A stretch of 64,000 bases of DNA from positions 27,279,360 through 27,343,359 of the forward strand of contig NC_043019.1 of the NCBI RefSeq assembly GCF_006345805.1, written 5' to 3'. The translations under genes were made by a program, and so were the position numbers. Positions 25,499 through 39,604 of the stretch are shown here, piece after piece. Positions within the stretch are counted from its first letter, which is position 1; the number at the start of each line of letters is the position of its first letter. Source of the DNA: Octopus sinensis (taxonomy: Eukaryota). The notes below the pieces were generated by a model. That model made no database searches. It was not told the DNA's origin and saw nothing but the letters and a program-made list of their open reading frames with translations.

Positions 25499-27795
25499 TA
25501 CACACATACTCCCATACTGCATATATAACATCAGTAGAGGATATCCTCTCTCTCAGATTACCTCTAAGTAGAGGAATTATATCCTGTAAATTTGGTTAAT
25601 TTGCCATCAAGCAGGCAGACAGCCAACATAAATATTGGTTGGTTGGTTGGATGCCACTTACTGATGCGCAAAGACAAGAGCAAGAGAAAGAGGCCATGTG
25701 TTGTCAGACAAAGTGAGAACTTCTATGTAGCCACTGCCAAATTTTCCTCCAGTCTCTCTTTGTCATCTTAACCTTTCTGATACTAACTCTGTCTGAAACT
25801 GGCTCCGGTTCCATAATACAAAAGTTCCTGTTTGAACGTGACACAAATTAAAACCTTCCATCAAAATTTCATGTTTATCTTATGTTCCAAATACCGGGTT
25901 AATTTGTGTCAAAGTTATTTTCTTAAATTCTTCATTCTTTTCGATGAAGTTGCATATTTTAACCCTTTCATTACTGTATTTATTTTGAGACGCTCTGTGT
26001 TTCTTTCGATTACTTTAAATATAACAAAGAGTTTATTAAAATAACTTAGTTATCACTCAGCTAGTGTTAGGAACATAAATTGTGACTAAGGTTTGGTGGA
26101 AGATTTTAATTCAAAACTTACGAAAACAAGACATTTGTACTACAAAGCCAGAGCCAGTTTCAACCGGGCTGGTATCAAAAGGGTTTACAGAAATATGGCA
26201 ACAAAAGGCTTAAAAGAGGGAAGACATATTAGTTAACTCTTTAACTGTGAGATTAAATTTTATGGTCGTTATTCCAGTAAAAATTTACCAAAAATAGAAT
26301 TGTTATTTTCTGCAAGTCACATTGCCTCTATAAACTTGACTTACATCATCATCGTTTAACGTCTGCTTTCCATGCTAGAATGGGTTGGACAATTTGACTG
26401 AGAAATGGCGAACCAGATGGCTGCACCAGGCTCCAATGTTGATCTGGCAGAGTTTCTACAGCTGGATGCCCTTCCTAATGCCAACCACTCCGAGAGTGTA
26501 GTGGGTGCTTTTACATGCCACCGGCACGAGGGCCTGTCAGGCAGTACTGGCAACGTCCTCGCTCGAATATTTTTACACGTGCTACCGGCACAAGTGCCAG
26601 TAAGGCGACATTGGTAACAATCACGCTCGAATGGTGCCTTTTACATGCTACCGGCACGGAAGCCAGTTAGCCGCTCTGGCAACGATCATGCTAGGATGGT
26701 GCTCTTAGCACCCTACTAGCACAGGGCACAAGTGTCCATAAGGCGACTCTAGTAAAGATCACACTCAAATGGTGCCTTTTTTGTGCCACTGGCATGGAAG
26801 CCGGTTAGCCGCTCTGTCAACGATCACTCGTATGGTGCTCTTTGCACCCCGCTAACACGGATACCTCAGCAGAAAATAGTTTCAAATATGACATTCTTCA
26901 ACAAAATTTAGATTGATATATAAAGCTGCTTCCTGCAGTTAAGGATAATTAAATTTTGGGTGGAGATATCTGCTTTCCACAGTAAAAGGGTTAAGGTAGT
27001 CTTAGACACTTTATATCAGAAGGCAAGGCACCATAATCATGGCCAGAATATCACTTAAGGATCGTGTTCTGATTACTAAAGACAAATATGTTATGATATT
27101 TACACGGAAGGGTCACTGAGTGATCAGAAGTTTGCTTCTCACATGCTTCTGACTTCAGTCTCACTGAAGTGACACCTTGAGCAAGTGTTTTCTAATATAG
27201 CCCTAGGCTAACCAAAGCTTTCTGAGTGGATTACATCAACATCATCATCATCATCACCATTATCATCACCATCATCATCAACATCATCATCATCGTTTAA
27301 TGTCAGTTTTCCATGTTGGCCTGAGTTGGACAGTTTGACAGAAGCTGGCCAGTTGAAGGGCTGTTCAGCCCCCCCCCCCTGTCTGTTTTGGTATGGTTTC
27401 TATGGCTGGATGCCCTTCCTAGCGCCAACCCCCTTACAGAGTGTACTGGGTGCTTTTACGCAGCTCACCATCACACACACACCATCAACATCATCATCAT
27501 CATCATCGTCATTTTAATGTCTGTTCTCCATGATGATGGGGTGGGGTGCATGCATTGCTGTATCCTCACCTTGACATCATGTGATTGTTGTAAACAAGTG
27601 TCAGCATAGAGGTCTACTTTCAGTTTCCCTCTACCAAATCTATTCACAAGGCTTTGGTCAGCCCAGGGACTATTGTACAAGACACTTGCCTCAAAATACC
27701 ATGAAGTGGGGGGAAGCAAACTTCTTACCATACAGCCATGCCTGCACCTAAATATTTAAATCAACAGTTTTCAATCACAGCTGACAAAGGTGCAT

Positions 27796-28168
27796 ATGGC
27801 CCTAAAGCAACCTTTTCATGGCCCTCAAGCAACCTTTTCATGGCCCTCAAGTAACCTTTTCATAACCCTCAAGCATCCTTTTCGTGGCCCTCAAGCATCC
27901 TTTTCATGGCTCCCAAGCATCCTTTTCATGGCCCTCAAGCAACCTTTTCATGGCCCTTAAACATCCTTTTTGTGGTCCTTAGCAGCCATTTCGTGGCCCT
28001 CAAGCATCCTTTTCATGGCCCTCAAGCAACCTTTTCATGGCCCTCAAGCAACCTTTTCATGGCCCTCTAGCAGCCATTTCATGGCCATCAAGCAACCTTT
28101 TCATGGCCCTCAAGCAACCTTTTCATGGCTCTCAAGCAACCTTTTCATGGCTCTCAAGCAACCTTTTC
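27796..28168. repeat. 22-bp minisatellite, about 17 units (ATGGCCCTCAAGCAACCTTTTC), in BMP intron 1
   Basis: Direct tandem repeats visible in the sequence. Confidence 0.95.
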
Positions 28169-28589
28169 TTTGACTTGTGTCTTACATTTTTTGGTGCAGC
28201 CCCCTAAAAAAAAAAATTCCAGGTTTTGGACCTGGCCTGGCCTGGATTTTAAAAAGGTTGAAAACAACTGATGTAAATATTTCATATTCAAAATGATTAT
28301 GGACAAGGAGAGCTGCATCAAAAAGTGCCAATCACTAATTGTGTGGGGAACCTGTGGAAGGGGTACAGTAATCCCTCACCATATCACGGTTCACCTATAG
28401 CACACTCAGTACATCGCAGTTCACCTATCATGCCCTCAGTACATCATGGATTTTTCTAGTCAATATATGTGAATTTATATCACAGGCTCCTCAGTATATC
28501 CAGGTTTCTGTGGCCAATAGGTATTTATAGTTTTTTTAATTTTAATTACTTCTGTGGGAGGTTTTGGAATGTAACACCATCGATAGTTG

Positions 28590-28955
28590 AGGATGACTGT
28601 AGACCCGGAAAAACATGGGACAAAGTGGTGAAGCATGACCTTCAGATGTTAGGTCCCACAGAGGCAATGACAAATGATCAAGACCTCTGGCGGTTTGCTG
28701 TGCTTCAGAAGATTTGTCAGGCCAAGTGAAATTGTTGTCATGGACAGCGCCAATGACACGTAAAAGGCACTTGTGACAGTGACACATAAAAGGTATTCAT
28801 TACATTCTTGGAGTGGTTGGTGTTAGGAAGGGCATCCAGCCATAGAAACCATGCCAAATCAGACTGGAGGCTGGTGCAACTCTTTGGCATACCAGTTCCA
28901 GCCAAACCATCTAACCTATGCCAGCTTGGAAAGCAATTGCTAAATGATGATGATG
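28590..28955 (+). mobile_element. RTE-clade LINE 3' end with 3' UTR and (ATG)n tail; 5'-truncated relatives are common (e.g. 1640-1850, 26345-26530, 46710-46885)
   Basis: RPGKTWDKVVKHDL...DQDLWR (RTE-type ORF end), then GGAAGGGCATCCAGC...GATGATGATG shared with many dispersed short copies. Confidence 0.7.
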
Positions 28956-30593
28956 GTTAAGAAAATAAAATGGAGTTGACATAGACCAGAAAGAGTCAAA
29001 GCCCCAAAAAACTGCCTCAACATCTGTGATCTATAATTCTTTAAATATAAACACCAATTTATATTGCCAGTTTGTAAGGAAATTTCACACGCACTCTTTG
29101 TGTGTGTGTGTGTGTGTGTTCGTGTGTGTGTGTGTACGTGTGTGTGTGTGATCATGTATCATTAAGCCATGACTGTTGGTAGCAGTGTTTGGTGTAGCTT
29201 ACTGCCAAATGTCGTTATAATTAATTTTTTATTAATTACATATGCTATTAAACAGTTCCACAATATACTCACTGTAATTTGCAAATCTCCCTTGCCAAAA
29301 TCTCACCCTGTTGGATGTTTTTGTCATTTGTTTTCTCTTTTGTATGTTTTCATAACCCCCATACACTCACACACAAAAACTCATTTGTTTATCAAGTGAT
29401 TTACTTAATATAACAACAAAACTCTCTCACCAAACTCCATCTAGTTTCTTTTCAAAAGAAGATCCATACCAGCCTATAAAAAAGTTTCATCTAAAAAGGA
29501 TCAAAAGCAAAGTCAACCTCAGTGGAAATTGAACTCAGAACATAAAGAAAAATGAAATACCTATTTCTTTATTACCCACAAGGTGCTAAACATAGAGGAG
29601 ACAAACATGGACAGACATAGGTATTAAGTCGATTATATCGACTCAGTACGTAACTGGTACTTAATTTATCGACCCCGAAAGGATGAAAGGCAAAGTCGAC
29701 CTCGGCGGAATTTGAACTTACAACGTAACGGCAGCCGAAATACCGCTAAGCATTTCGCCCGACGTACTAACAATTCTGCCAGCTCGCTGCCTTTAAAATA
29801 TACAGGGAGGACAAGATCCAATTGATCGAAATTGCAAGAGACAGGCCTACAATTCCAGTCTGTTATATATTTTGAGTATTGTTATCACTAGCGATATCAA
29901 GATATAACTTTGTATTTTGTATTTTATGTGTAGATGTATATATATAGTTGTACATGTAATATGTACACATATATACATGCATAATATATCTACCCATACG
30001 CACACACACACACACATACATAGGGGCAGGTGTGGCTGTGTGGTAACAAACTACGTTCCAAACACATGGTCCTGCGTTCAGTCCCACTGTGTGGTGACTT
30101 GGCATGTGTCTTCTGCTGTAGCTTCAGACCAACAAAAGCCTTCTCAGTGGATTTTGTACATATATACAGGCATACATACATATATATACATGCATGTTCT
30201 ATATTTTATAAATTACCCATATTTACTTACCCATGCTTCATTCCCCTCTTGCCTACATAGGGCATCCATTCTCTTTTAACACAGCATGAAGTTTTGTAAC
30301 AGCACATCCGCTGCCGTTCGTGGAAAACGAAGAGACCCTATTCACCTGCGAACGTTTTACACCGCCTTCCACGACTATCAAATTCTTACAATTATGAGAA
30401 CAATAACATGGCTCTTTTCAGGGCAACCTCGCATTCAATTCTTACACCATTCTACGAGGGGGTAGGAACCCCTTTACATGGCTTTCTATACACTTACAAA
30501 TACATTCATTCGCCGTAAACTTATATCAATATTTGCCTGAATAATCATCATAATTCAGTGCAATCATTAACAGTACTTTCAAGCAATTCAGCC

Positions 30594-30620
30594 CCGAGCA
30601 TCGCCGGGCAATTCTGCTAG
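30594..30620 (+). mobile_element. Helitron 3' terminus (5' end not securely located)
   Basis: CCCGAGC-ATC-GCCGGG hairpin then CAATTCTGCTAG|T, nearly the same as the terminus at 61925..61952. Confidence 0.6.
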
Positions 30621-31820
30621 TATATATATAAAACTGTGTGTGTATATGTGCATATATCTACATGTTGTTTGTGTGTGTGTGTTTCTGTTTTGTTTTTGTT
30701 GTGTGTGTCCCTTAAAGATGCATGCTTCTCATTACCCTGCTGTCTGTCTAAATGTGTTTTGGTGCCTTTTGATGACTCCTGCTTCTGAGGTACAGCTGAA
30801 TACACACTGACCCACACATGTTTGTGTGTATAGTGTGTACATTTTGATTGATCTCTATCTTACACATTTATTATGTATATTTTTATATATATATATATTA
30901 TATTTATATTCATATATATATTTATATATATATATATTTATATATTCATATATATATATATTTATATTTATATTTATATTTATATATATATATATAAAGA
31001 GAGAGAAAAAGAGAGAGATGGTTAGATATATATCACCATGGGGTTAATTAATTATACATAAAGCTATAAGTCTCTCTCTCTCTCTCTCTTTCTAAGTGTC
31101 TGTGTTTGTGGATGCTTGTATGTCTGTCTGTCAATGTGTCTGTCTGTTGCCCACAGTTCTTGGTGAACTAAACCTGTTGTCCAGTTTCCAGTTTCTAGTT
31201 GGTATCGCATTTCAGTAATATCACTAATACTCTAAAAAGAGGCATGAGCATCGCAACATCTCATCTGTCTACACCTTAGACAAATGATATGGCATTTTAG
31301 ATTCTGCACATTCAACAACAAACAAGATGAGGACAAATATTCGGCGAATGTAAATAATGTACATAATTCCTCATCTCTTATATATAGAACTTTACATATT
31401 CTTTATTAAGAATAATGAATTTGTGCTCAACAAAAGTATAGAGTAACCATTAGATTAATGTGAAATTGTTTTTATTATAACTGAACATAAAAGCAGGCAT
31501 GTTTGTGTTTGTGTGTGTGTTTGTATACAAGGAACCTTCTTTCTATTTGCTTCTATCAAATCTTGTGTCACAAAGCTTTGGTCAGCTTCAGGCTGTTGTG
31601 GAAGACACAGCATTTCTTCTGGCTTTTTATGTTCTCAGTTCAAATCCTGCCAAGATCAACTTCGCTTTTTTTTTTTTTCAGGGTCATTAAAATAAGTACC
31701 AGTTGAGCATTGGGGGAGGTCAATGTTATTGACTGTCCCTTGCCCCCTTTCCCCCAAAACTGCTAGCTTTGTGCCAAAATTTGAAACCATTCTTATTGTT
31801 ATTATTATTATTATTTGCAG

Positions 31821-32004
31821 TGCACAAAATCCATTTCCTTCGCCATGAAAGGGACCGAACCTTCTTCTTTGACTTTGGAGAAGTGTCCCCACAAGAGACA
31901 GTGACAGGGGCCGAACTGAGGTTGTACAAAGCCAAGGATAGGCGTGGTCGCCATACAACTTATCATATTGAGGTGTTTACCATCCAACAGGGAGTTGATG
32001 AACA
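31821..32004 (+). CDS. BMP5-8: BMP5-8 exon 2 (prodomain)
   Basis: Acceptor ttatttgcag| at 31820; encodes (V)HKIHFLRHERDRTFFFDFGEVSPQETVTGAELRLYK...GVDE; donor CA|gtaagt; 184 nt, phase 1 to 2. Confidence 0.95.
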
Positions 32005-33372
32005 GTAAGTATTGACATCGGTTCTACACCCATCATCTTTTGAACTGGATTCATGTCACCACTTTTATATACACTCACTCGTGTGGAAGCAATCCTCTAA
32101 TTTACATCAGGAGGGAAGGTCATTAAAATTTGATACCACCTCCTACAAATAGTAGTGGGTGGTGTCAAAATTTTCATAATGTGGTGTGAATAACTATGAC
32201 TCCTCCAAGTAAAATTCTTCATGGTGGTATCCCAGCATGGCCACAGCCTAATGCCCAAAACAGGCAAAAGATGAAAGATGAAAGGTGAGAAAACAGAGAG
32301 ATTGTGTTGCTAATTTCAGTTGCGTGTCTAGCTTCTGTGTTGCACTGTAGGTTGTACATAAGAGGGTTGTGGCTCAGCTGGTGAATCGACAATGTTTTGA
32401 GAAAAGGGGACAAGTAATTAAACCGTTTTGCAGATCCCTTCCAGCAATTAATCAGTGAACCAAGAAACAGTAATTGGTAAACTTTGGAAAATGCGATATA
32501 TCACACAGTTGACGTATCGAAGAATGAGCCATCAAATGTAGAGAAAGTATATTGGTTGCAACCAGGCAAGTCACAGGTAGAAAGGTCCCAGGAAGGGACA
32601 AAATACTTGCAGAAGCGTGGGGAGAAAATGGAGGAAATAAACCCATTAGATACCTATTTCTTTATTACCCACAAGGGGCTAAACACAGAGGGGACAAACA
32701 AGGACAGACAAACGGATTAAGTCGATTACATCAACCCCAGTGTGTAACTAGTACTTAATTTATCGACCCCGAAAGGATGAAAGGCAAAGTCGACCTCGGC
32801 GGAATTTGAACTCACAACGTAATGCAGACGAAATACCGCTAAGCATTTCGCCCGGCGTGCTAACGTTTCTGCCAGCTCACCACCTTATATATAAGTGAAA
32901 TCCAAATACAACAAATTCCATTAGATACCTTCACCTGTTGATGCTAGAATCATGAGAGGCTGGTGATAACTTGAAAGGTTGGGAAGATGCTAATATTGTT
33001 CATAAGCTGACAGAATTGGGCAAATTGCTAAGCAGTATTTCGTCCATTTCATCTGAGTTCAAATTCCGCTACGGTTGACTTCACCTTTCATTTTTTTATT
33101 GTCAATAAAATAGGTACCAGTTAAGTACTGGGGTTGATGTAATCAACTTACCCCCTCCTCCAGAATTGCTGGCCTTCTACCAGAATTTGAAATCTGCAAA
33201 CTGGCAAAATCGTTGGCATGCTGGGCGAAAGGCTTAGAGGCATTCTGTCCGTCTTTATGTTCTGAGTTCAAATTCCACCAAGGTCAACTTTGCCCTTCAT
33301 CCGTTCAGGTTTGATAAAATAAGTACCAGCTGAACACTGGGGTCAATGTAAATGATTTTAAGCCAGAAGCCA

Positions 33373-34204
33373 TTAGCCATTGACGGGCAAGGGCTTTGCC
33401 AACATCGGTATTATTCGCTTTCTTTGGGTACTTGTCATTGAGAGGTTTTTCTTGCTATTTATCAGTAAGAATGTCTTAGCTTTTTCTGTGCTTGTTTCTA
33501 GTACATCTAATTCTGGAATTTGTTGTATTTGGATTTCACTTACATATTCCTTTGCCTGTTTTGTTACTGAGTATGATGCTTTCTTGTTTTCATGTTTTGA
33601 GACAAGTTTTAACTTCCAGTCCTCAGAATTTTTCAGGTAGGTGTCTAGGCCAATTGTAGCAATCTTCATTGTTATTGCCAGTTGTAAAAGTCCACGGCCT
33701 CCCACTTTTCTTGGCAGATAAAGTCATTATGTATTTGCCTTCTATGCATTTTTACGTTTATATATTTGTTGTGCAAGATTTTTTATGTGAAATTGTGTGT
33801 TGAAACAGATATTGTTGTATTTAGGAACGGTCATTTTGCCAGTTTAGCCAATAAAAACACACACACTATATATTTGGTGTTACTTTGCTTCAGCGTTATT
33901 CATATCACATAGAGATATATGCATGCGCAAATGAAGACACATACAATAGAAATACAAAATGGCTGACGGTTAGTAAGGAGAGACACACAAATAAGAAAGA
34001 AGAAAGCAAAGGACCACTGATGATGCGGTCACAGGAGTGTGACGAAAGAACTCTGGCCGAAATAAGATTAAGATTGATGTAAAAAATAAATAACGCTGAA
34101 GCAAAGTAACACCAAATATATAGTGCGTGTGTTTTTTTTTGGCTAAACTGGCAAAATGACCGTTCCTAAATGCAACAACTTCTATGCATTGTCAACAATT
34201 TCCG
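33373..34204 (-). mobile_element. R4/Dong-like non-LTR retrotransposon RT relic, interrupted by an insertion
   Basis: Removing 33751..34190 joins RKLLTMHR...LYLPRKVGGRGLLQL..IGLDTYL; 12-bp duplication CTTCTATGCATT at 33739-33750 and 34179-34190. Confidence 0.7.
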
Positions 34205-34257
34205 TATTATTATCATCGTCATCATCATCATCATCATCATTATTATTATTATTATTA

Positions 34258-34470
34258 TTCAGTAGTTTTATTTTTATAGCGTGCTTTCACTTCACTACCG
34301 AGCGCAGCTCTGTGTGCCTTAGGTATGTGCTGTGATTTGTTGTGATGCTCTGATGGTTATTGTATGGAAAGTGTCTGCGTAGGATGTGTGCAGTGCCTAG
34401 TAGTGCAATTCTCTGTATGCTATATGTGTTTGTAAGTCCTGGTGTTTTTGTTATGTATTTGTCTGAATAT
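34258..34470 (-). mobile_element. 5'-truncated R4/Dong-like 3' end embedded in (TAA)n; second copy at 37434..37624 (+)
   Basis: Encodes KYITKTPGLTNIYSIQRIALLGTAHILR, the restriction-like endonuclease C-terminus; both copies are flanked on both sides by (TAA)n/(TTA)n. Confidence 0.7.
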
Positions 34471-34490
34471 TTTTATTATTATTATTATTA

Positions 34491-34521
<31 letters not shown>

Positions 34522-35531
34522 GTTATTGTTATCATTATTATTATCATTATTATTATCATTATTGTTGTATTAAGTATTTAGGGGTTTCTCTACCTGCTTC
34601 AGTCAGGGAGACCTTTGCAAGTATATTTCTCAATAAACTGAATTCAGCAATATAAGTTTCTTATTTTGGCACAAAACCAACAATTTTGAGGGGAGGGGGG
34701 TCAGCTGATTACATTGTACCCCAGTACTTGAGAGGTTCTTTATTTCCTCATTTCATCGCAAGAGAAATTTGATTACTGTTTTGGGCAGATCTAGAAGCCA
34801 CAAAGAAGCTCCTTCATCGGTATTCCAGTGGTGACCATCTTACCTTAAAACAGGATGGTCATAGCTGGAAATCCTATGATCATTGATTTGCTCCACCAGT
34901 ATCAACCTAGGGTTAAACAACAACAACAATAATAACATTTGATTTATTGATTCAAGACTTGTCAAAAATTTGCTCTTATTCAGCAACTTTGACAGTCACA
35001 CACACACATGCATATTCAGCAGTTTTAGTTGGTTTCCTTCCTTCTCTGATATCCTCCACCATCCCCACCTCACCCCACCATCTTTACCCCCTCTAAGCCC
35101 CTTTTTGTGGATTTCATTGATTTCTATTGGAGCCATCACCACCACCATTACCATCACAACCACCACCACAACCACCACCACCATCACCACCACCACCACT
35201 ACTACCACCACCATCACTACCACAACCACCACCACCATCACTACCACAACCACCACCATCACCACCATAATCACTACTACCACCACCATCACCACCACAA
35301 CCACCACCATTTTCCTTAGATATGTCTGTACATACTTTTAGTTTGGTTGTTTGAAGATGTCATACATAGATTAAGACAGCTCTCTCTCTCTCTCTCTCTC
35401 TCGCTCTATCTATCTATCTATCTCACCTCTCTCCTCTTCATCATTTCCTCCTGTTATCACCTCACTTCCACACATGTCTAGGCACACTTATATAGATAAA
35501 CCCCTACATAAAGACCCAACCCCAGCAAGCT

Positions 35532-35562
<31 letters not shown>

Positions 35563-35582
35563 TGCACACACACGCACACACA

Positions 35583-35621
<39 letters not shown>

Positions 35622-37231
35622 ACCCTCCCTCCCTCCCTTCTCTTCCCTCTCGTCTTCTTGCAGCACCCATCTTTTACTCTTTGATCTGTCACAATTCATT
35701 AACTAACTTCACATGATGTCAGCAATGAACATTTTCAAGCTTCTGAACTCTTCCCTGACCCCGACCACGACCTACTTTGGGTTTTTTTTCTTTTTCTTTT
35801 TGGTTTTGTTTTTACTCTTGATTTTATCCCCCCCCCTTTTTTTTTTCTTTTTTGCTTGGCATTTTTAGGCTTCCTTTTTTTTTTCTGATTTAGTAATTTC
35901 TTCACCACACTTCACTTTGGGCAAATGTCTTCTATTATAGATTCAGGCCAACCAAAAGCCTTGTGAGTGTATTTACTGGGATGGAAATTGAAGAAGCCTG
36001 CCATCATCATCATCATTATCATCATCATCAATAAGCGTCCGTTGTCCATGCTGGCATGGGTTGGACGATTTGACCAGGGCTTGTAAACTGAAGGGGCTGC
36101 ACCAGACTCCAGTCTGATTTGGCATGGTTTCCACAGCTGGAAACCCTTCCCAATACCAACCACTCCAAGAGCGTAATGGGTACTTTTACATGCCAGTCGC
36201 ATAACACCAGTGTCTGCCACAACTACAATTTCATTTGGCTTGATGTTGGTGTGTTTACATTTTCAAGTTTCACTTGAAATGGAAAGTGTAGGTGGAGAAG
36301 GAGATGCTGTCCTGGAAGGAATTTTGTGTAAGGTGGGTGAGAAAGTTGTGAAAATGTTAAGAGTGGATGGTGCCACTCTAAATGTAAACCTGTGAGTCAG
36401 AGGAAAGGAATTCAAGAGGGCACCTGCCCTTAGTGTTCAGGAAAATCTTGGACAATGGGGATTCCTCAATTATCCTTAAAGGTCTTCCTGTATCAAAAGG
36501 ACCAGATCACTATCATCCCCTTTTCTCCTTTTTTTTTCTTTTTACTGCTGTATACTATGTATACTTACTTTCTTTGTTTTATTGTATACCATGTATAGAT
36601 CCTTTCTTTTTTTTTTTTCCTTAATCATTTCATTATATATAAACCCCCGCATTTTACATGTGTCATTATATTGTCCCCTTCATCCTTCGCAAATAAAAGA
36701 AATTATGATTATTCTCATTATTATTATTTTAATTAATATTTTATTACGCAGTTTTGAATTTATTAATTAGGACCATTTCCTTCCTAATATTGCTGGGATT
36801 AAGAACGGTCTCCACAACATGCAAGTTTTCGTTTCTTCTTGTGTCTAAAAATATCTCTGCCTTCCTCGCAGCACCACAAACAAATCCTTTCCAATTATTT
36901 ATGACTTCAAAGTTTTAAAATACTTTTTCACATATGCTAATGTGATTAAAATTTGTAATATTTCTCTCTAATTTTGGCACAAAACCAGCAATTTTTAGGG
37001 GAGGGGTAACTCAAATACATCGACGCCCCCCACCCTCTAACGCTTGACTTGTACTTATTTTATCAAGCCTTAGCAAAATTTGAACACTGAACATAAAAAG
37101 ACAAAAGAAGCATTCTATCCAATGCTCTAACAATTCTGCTAGCTCACTGCCTTAAAATTTTTAATATTGGTTTCAGATTCTGAGTTCAAATTCCACTGAG
37201 GTTGACTTTGCCTTTCGTCCTTTCAGAGTCA

Positions 37232-37271
<40 letters not shown>

Positions 37272-37340
37272 TAATAATAATAATATAATAATAATAATAA
37301 TAACAACAATAACAATAATAATAATAATAACAACAATAAC

Positions 37341-37372
<32 letters not shown>

Positions 37373-39604
37373 TAATATAATAATAATAATAACAATAATG
37401 ATAATAATGATGATAATAATAATAATAATAATAAAAACACCAGGACTTACAAACACATATATCATACAGAAAATTGCACTACTAGGCACTGCACACATCC
37501 TACGCAGAGCACTTTCCATACAATAACCATCAGAGCATCACAACAAATCACAGCACATACCCAAGGCACACAGAGCTGCGCTCGGTAGTGAAGTGAAAGC
37601 ACACTATAAAAATAAAACTACGGAATAATAATAATAATGATGATGGTGACAAGCTGGCAGAATTGTTAGCACACTGAGAAAAATGCTTAGTGGCATTCCG
37701 CCCATCTTTTTGTTCTGAGTTCAAATTTGGCTGTGGTCGACTTTGCTGTTCATCCTTTCAGGGTCGATAAAATATGTACCTGTTAAGCTCTGAGGTCAAT
37801 GTAATTGACTCATCCCCTCCCCTAAAATTGCTGGCCTGGTGCCAATATTTGAAACCAATGATGATGATGATAATAATAATAATAATAATAATAATGGCTT
37901 TATTTATTTGGCACCAGGGTGGAGGGTGAGGGGGACAATACAATGTAAGATATTCAGCAACAGTACTTTGGAGTAAAGATTGTTTGCCAGCATAACATGG
38001 CAGTCCTGGTTTAGGACGAATGTTGCTGTAATTTAGTTCCAGGAGACATCGTCACCGGCTGGCTATATGACACGATCTGTGTCCTTATCTTAGGCGGCGA
38101 GCTGGCAGAAACGTTAGCACGCCGGGCGAAATGCATAGCTGTATTTCGTCTGTCGTTACATTCTGAGTTCAAATTCCGCCAAGGTCGACTTTGCCTTTCA
38201 TCCTTTCGGGGTCGATGTAATTGACTTAATCCCTTTGTCTATCCTTGTTTGTCCCCTCTATGTCTAGCCCCTTGTGGGCAATAAAGAAATAGATCTGTGT
38301 CTTTATCTGTTCAAAAATATAAGGACACAGATCGTGTCGTATAGCCAGCTGGAGACGATGTCTCCTGGGGCTAAATTACAGCAACATTCCTCCTAAACCA
38401 GGACTGCCATGTTATGTTGGCAAACAATCTTTACTCCAAAGTGCGGGGGTTAACATATAATGAAATGATAAAATAAATAAATAAAATAAATAAATAAGCA
38501 AAACAAAAAAGAGTAAGTATACCCAGTACACAATGAAAAGGAAGGGAAATATACCTGTTATACAAAGGTTAACAAAAAAAAGCGGGGCAATAATAGAGAT
38601 GTAGTTCTCCTGATACAGGATGACTCCTAGGGATAATCAAGGAACCCCACTGTCGATGATCTCCCTGAACACCAAAGGTAATAATAATAATGTTATTTTA
38701 TCAAACATCCTCAAATTCTTAATTATTTTCTAACAGGCGCAGGAGTGGCTGTGTGGTAAGTAGCTTGCTAACCAACCACATGGTTCCGGGTTCAGTCCCA
38801 CTGCGTGGCATCTTGGGCAAGTGTCTTCTGCTATAGCCTCGGGCCGACCAAAGCCTTGTGAGTGGATTTGGTAGACAGAAACTGAAAGAAGCCTGTCGTA
38901 TATATATATACGGGTGGCACGTAAAAAGTACCCACTACACTCACGGAGTGGTTGGCGTTAGGAAGGGCATCCAGCCGTAGAAACACTGCCAGATCTGACT
39001 GGGCCTGATGAAGCCTTCCGGCTTCACAGACCCCAGTTGAACCGTCCAACCCATGCTAGCATGGAAAACGGATGCTAAACGATGATGATGATGATGATGA
39101 TATATGTATGTGTGTGTATATGTTTGTCTGTGTTTGTCCCTCTAGCATTGCTTGACAACTGATGCTGGTGTGTTTACGTCCCCGTCACTTAGCGGTTCGG
39201 CAAAAGAGACCGATAGAATAAGTACTGGGCTTACAAAAAGAATAAGTCCTGGGGTCGATTTGCTCGACTAAAGGCGGTGCTTCAGCATGGCCGCAGTCAA
39301 ATGACTGAAACCAGTAACTAAAATGTATAAAAAGTAAATTAGAAATATGGCTTTGGAAGACAGACAGCTGCCACCCATCCTCTGTCCCCCCCTCGCTCTT
39401 CTTTTCTCATTTTCCACTAAGTCTTGTGGAATGGTGTGTCTTGGGAAGTTTGGTACATTCCAGAAGTAACCTGGATATTGTTTTTATAAGTGAGTGTAGA
39501 CAGTGGTGTTGGCGACAGCGCTTCATGCTGTTGTAGTTCCATCTGTAAAAGTATGTCTATGTTAATTAATAAGACATGTCTGAAATTATAATTGGAAAAC
39601 ATAA

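Noticed and set aside
27796-28168. CRISPR array
   Set aside because: Units are contiguous with no unique spacers, in a eukaryotic context; it is a minisatellite
34970-35341. Poly-Thr/His/Val ORFs (mucin-like)
   Set aside because: They are translations of an (ACC/CAC)n microsatellite, open in several frames on both strands, with no splice context
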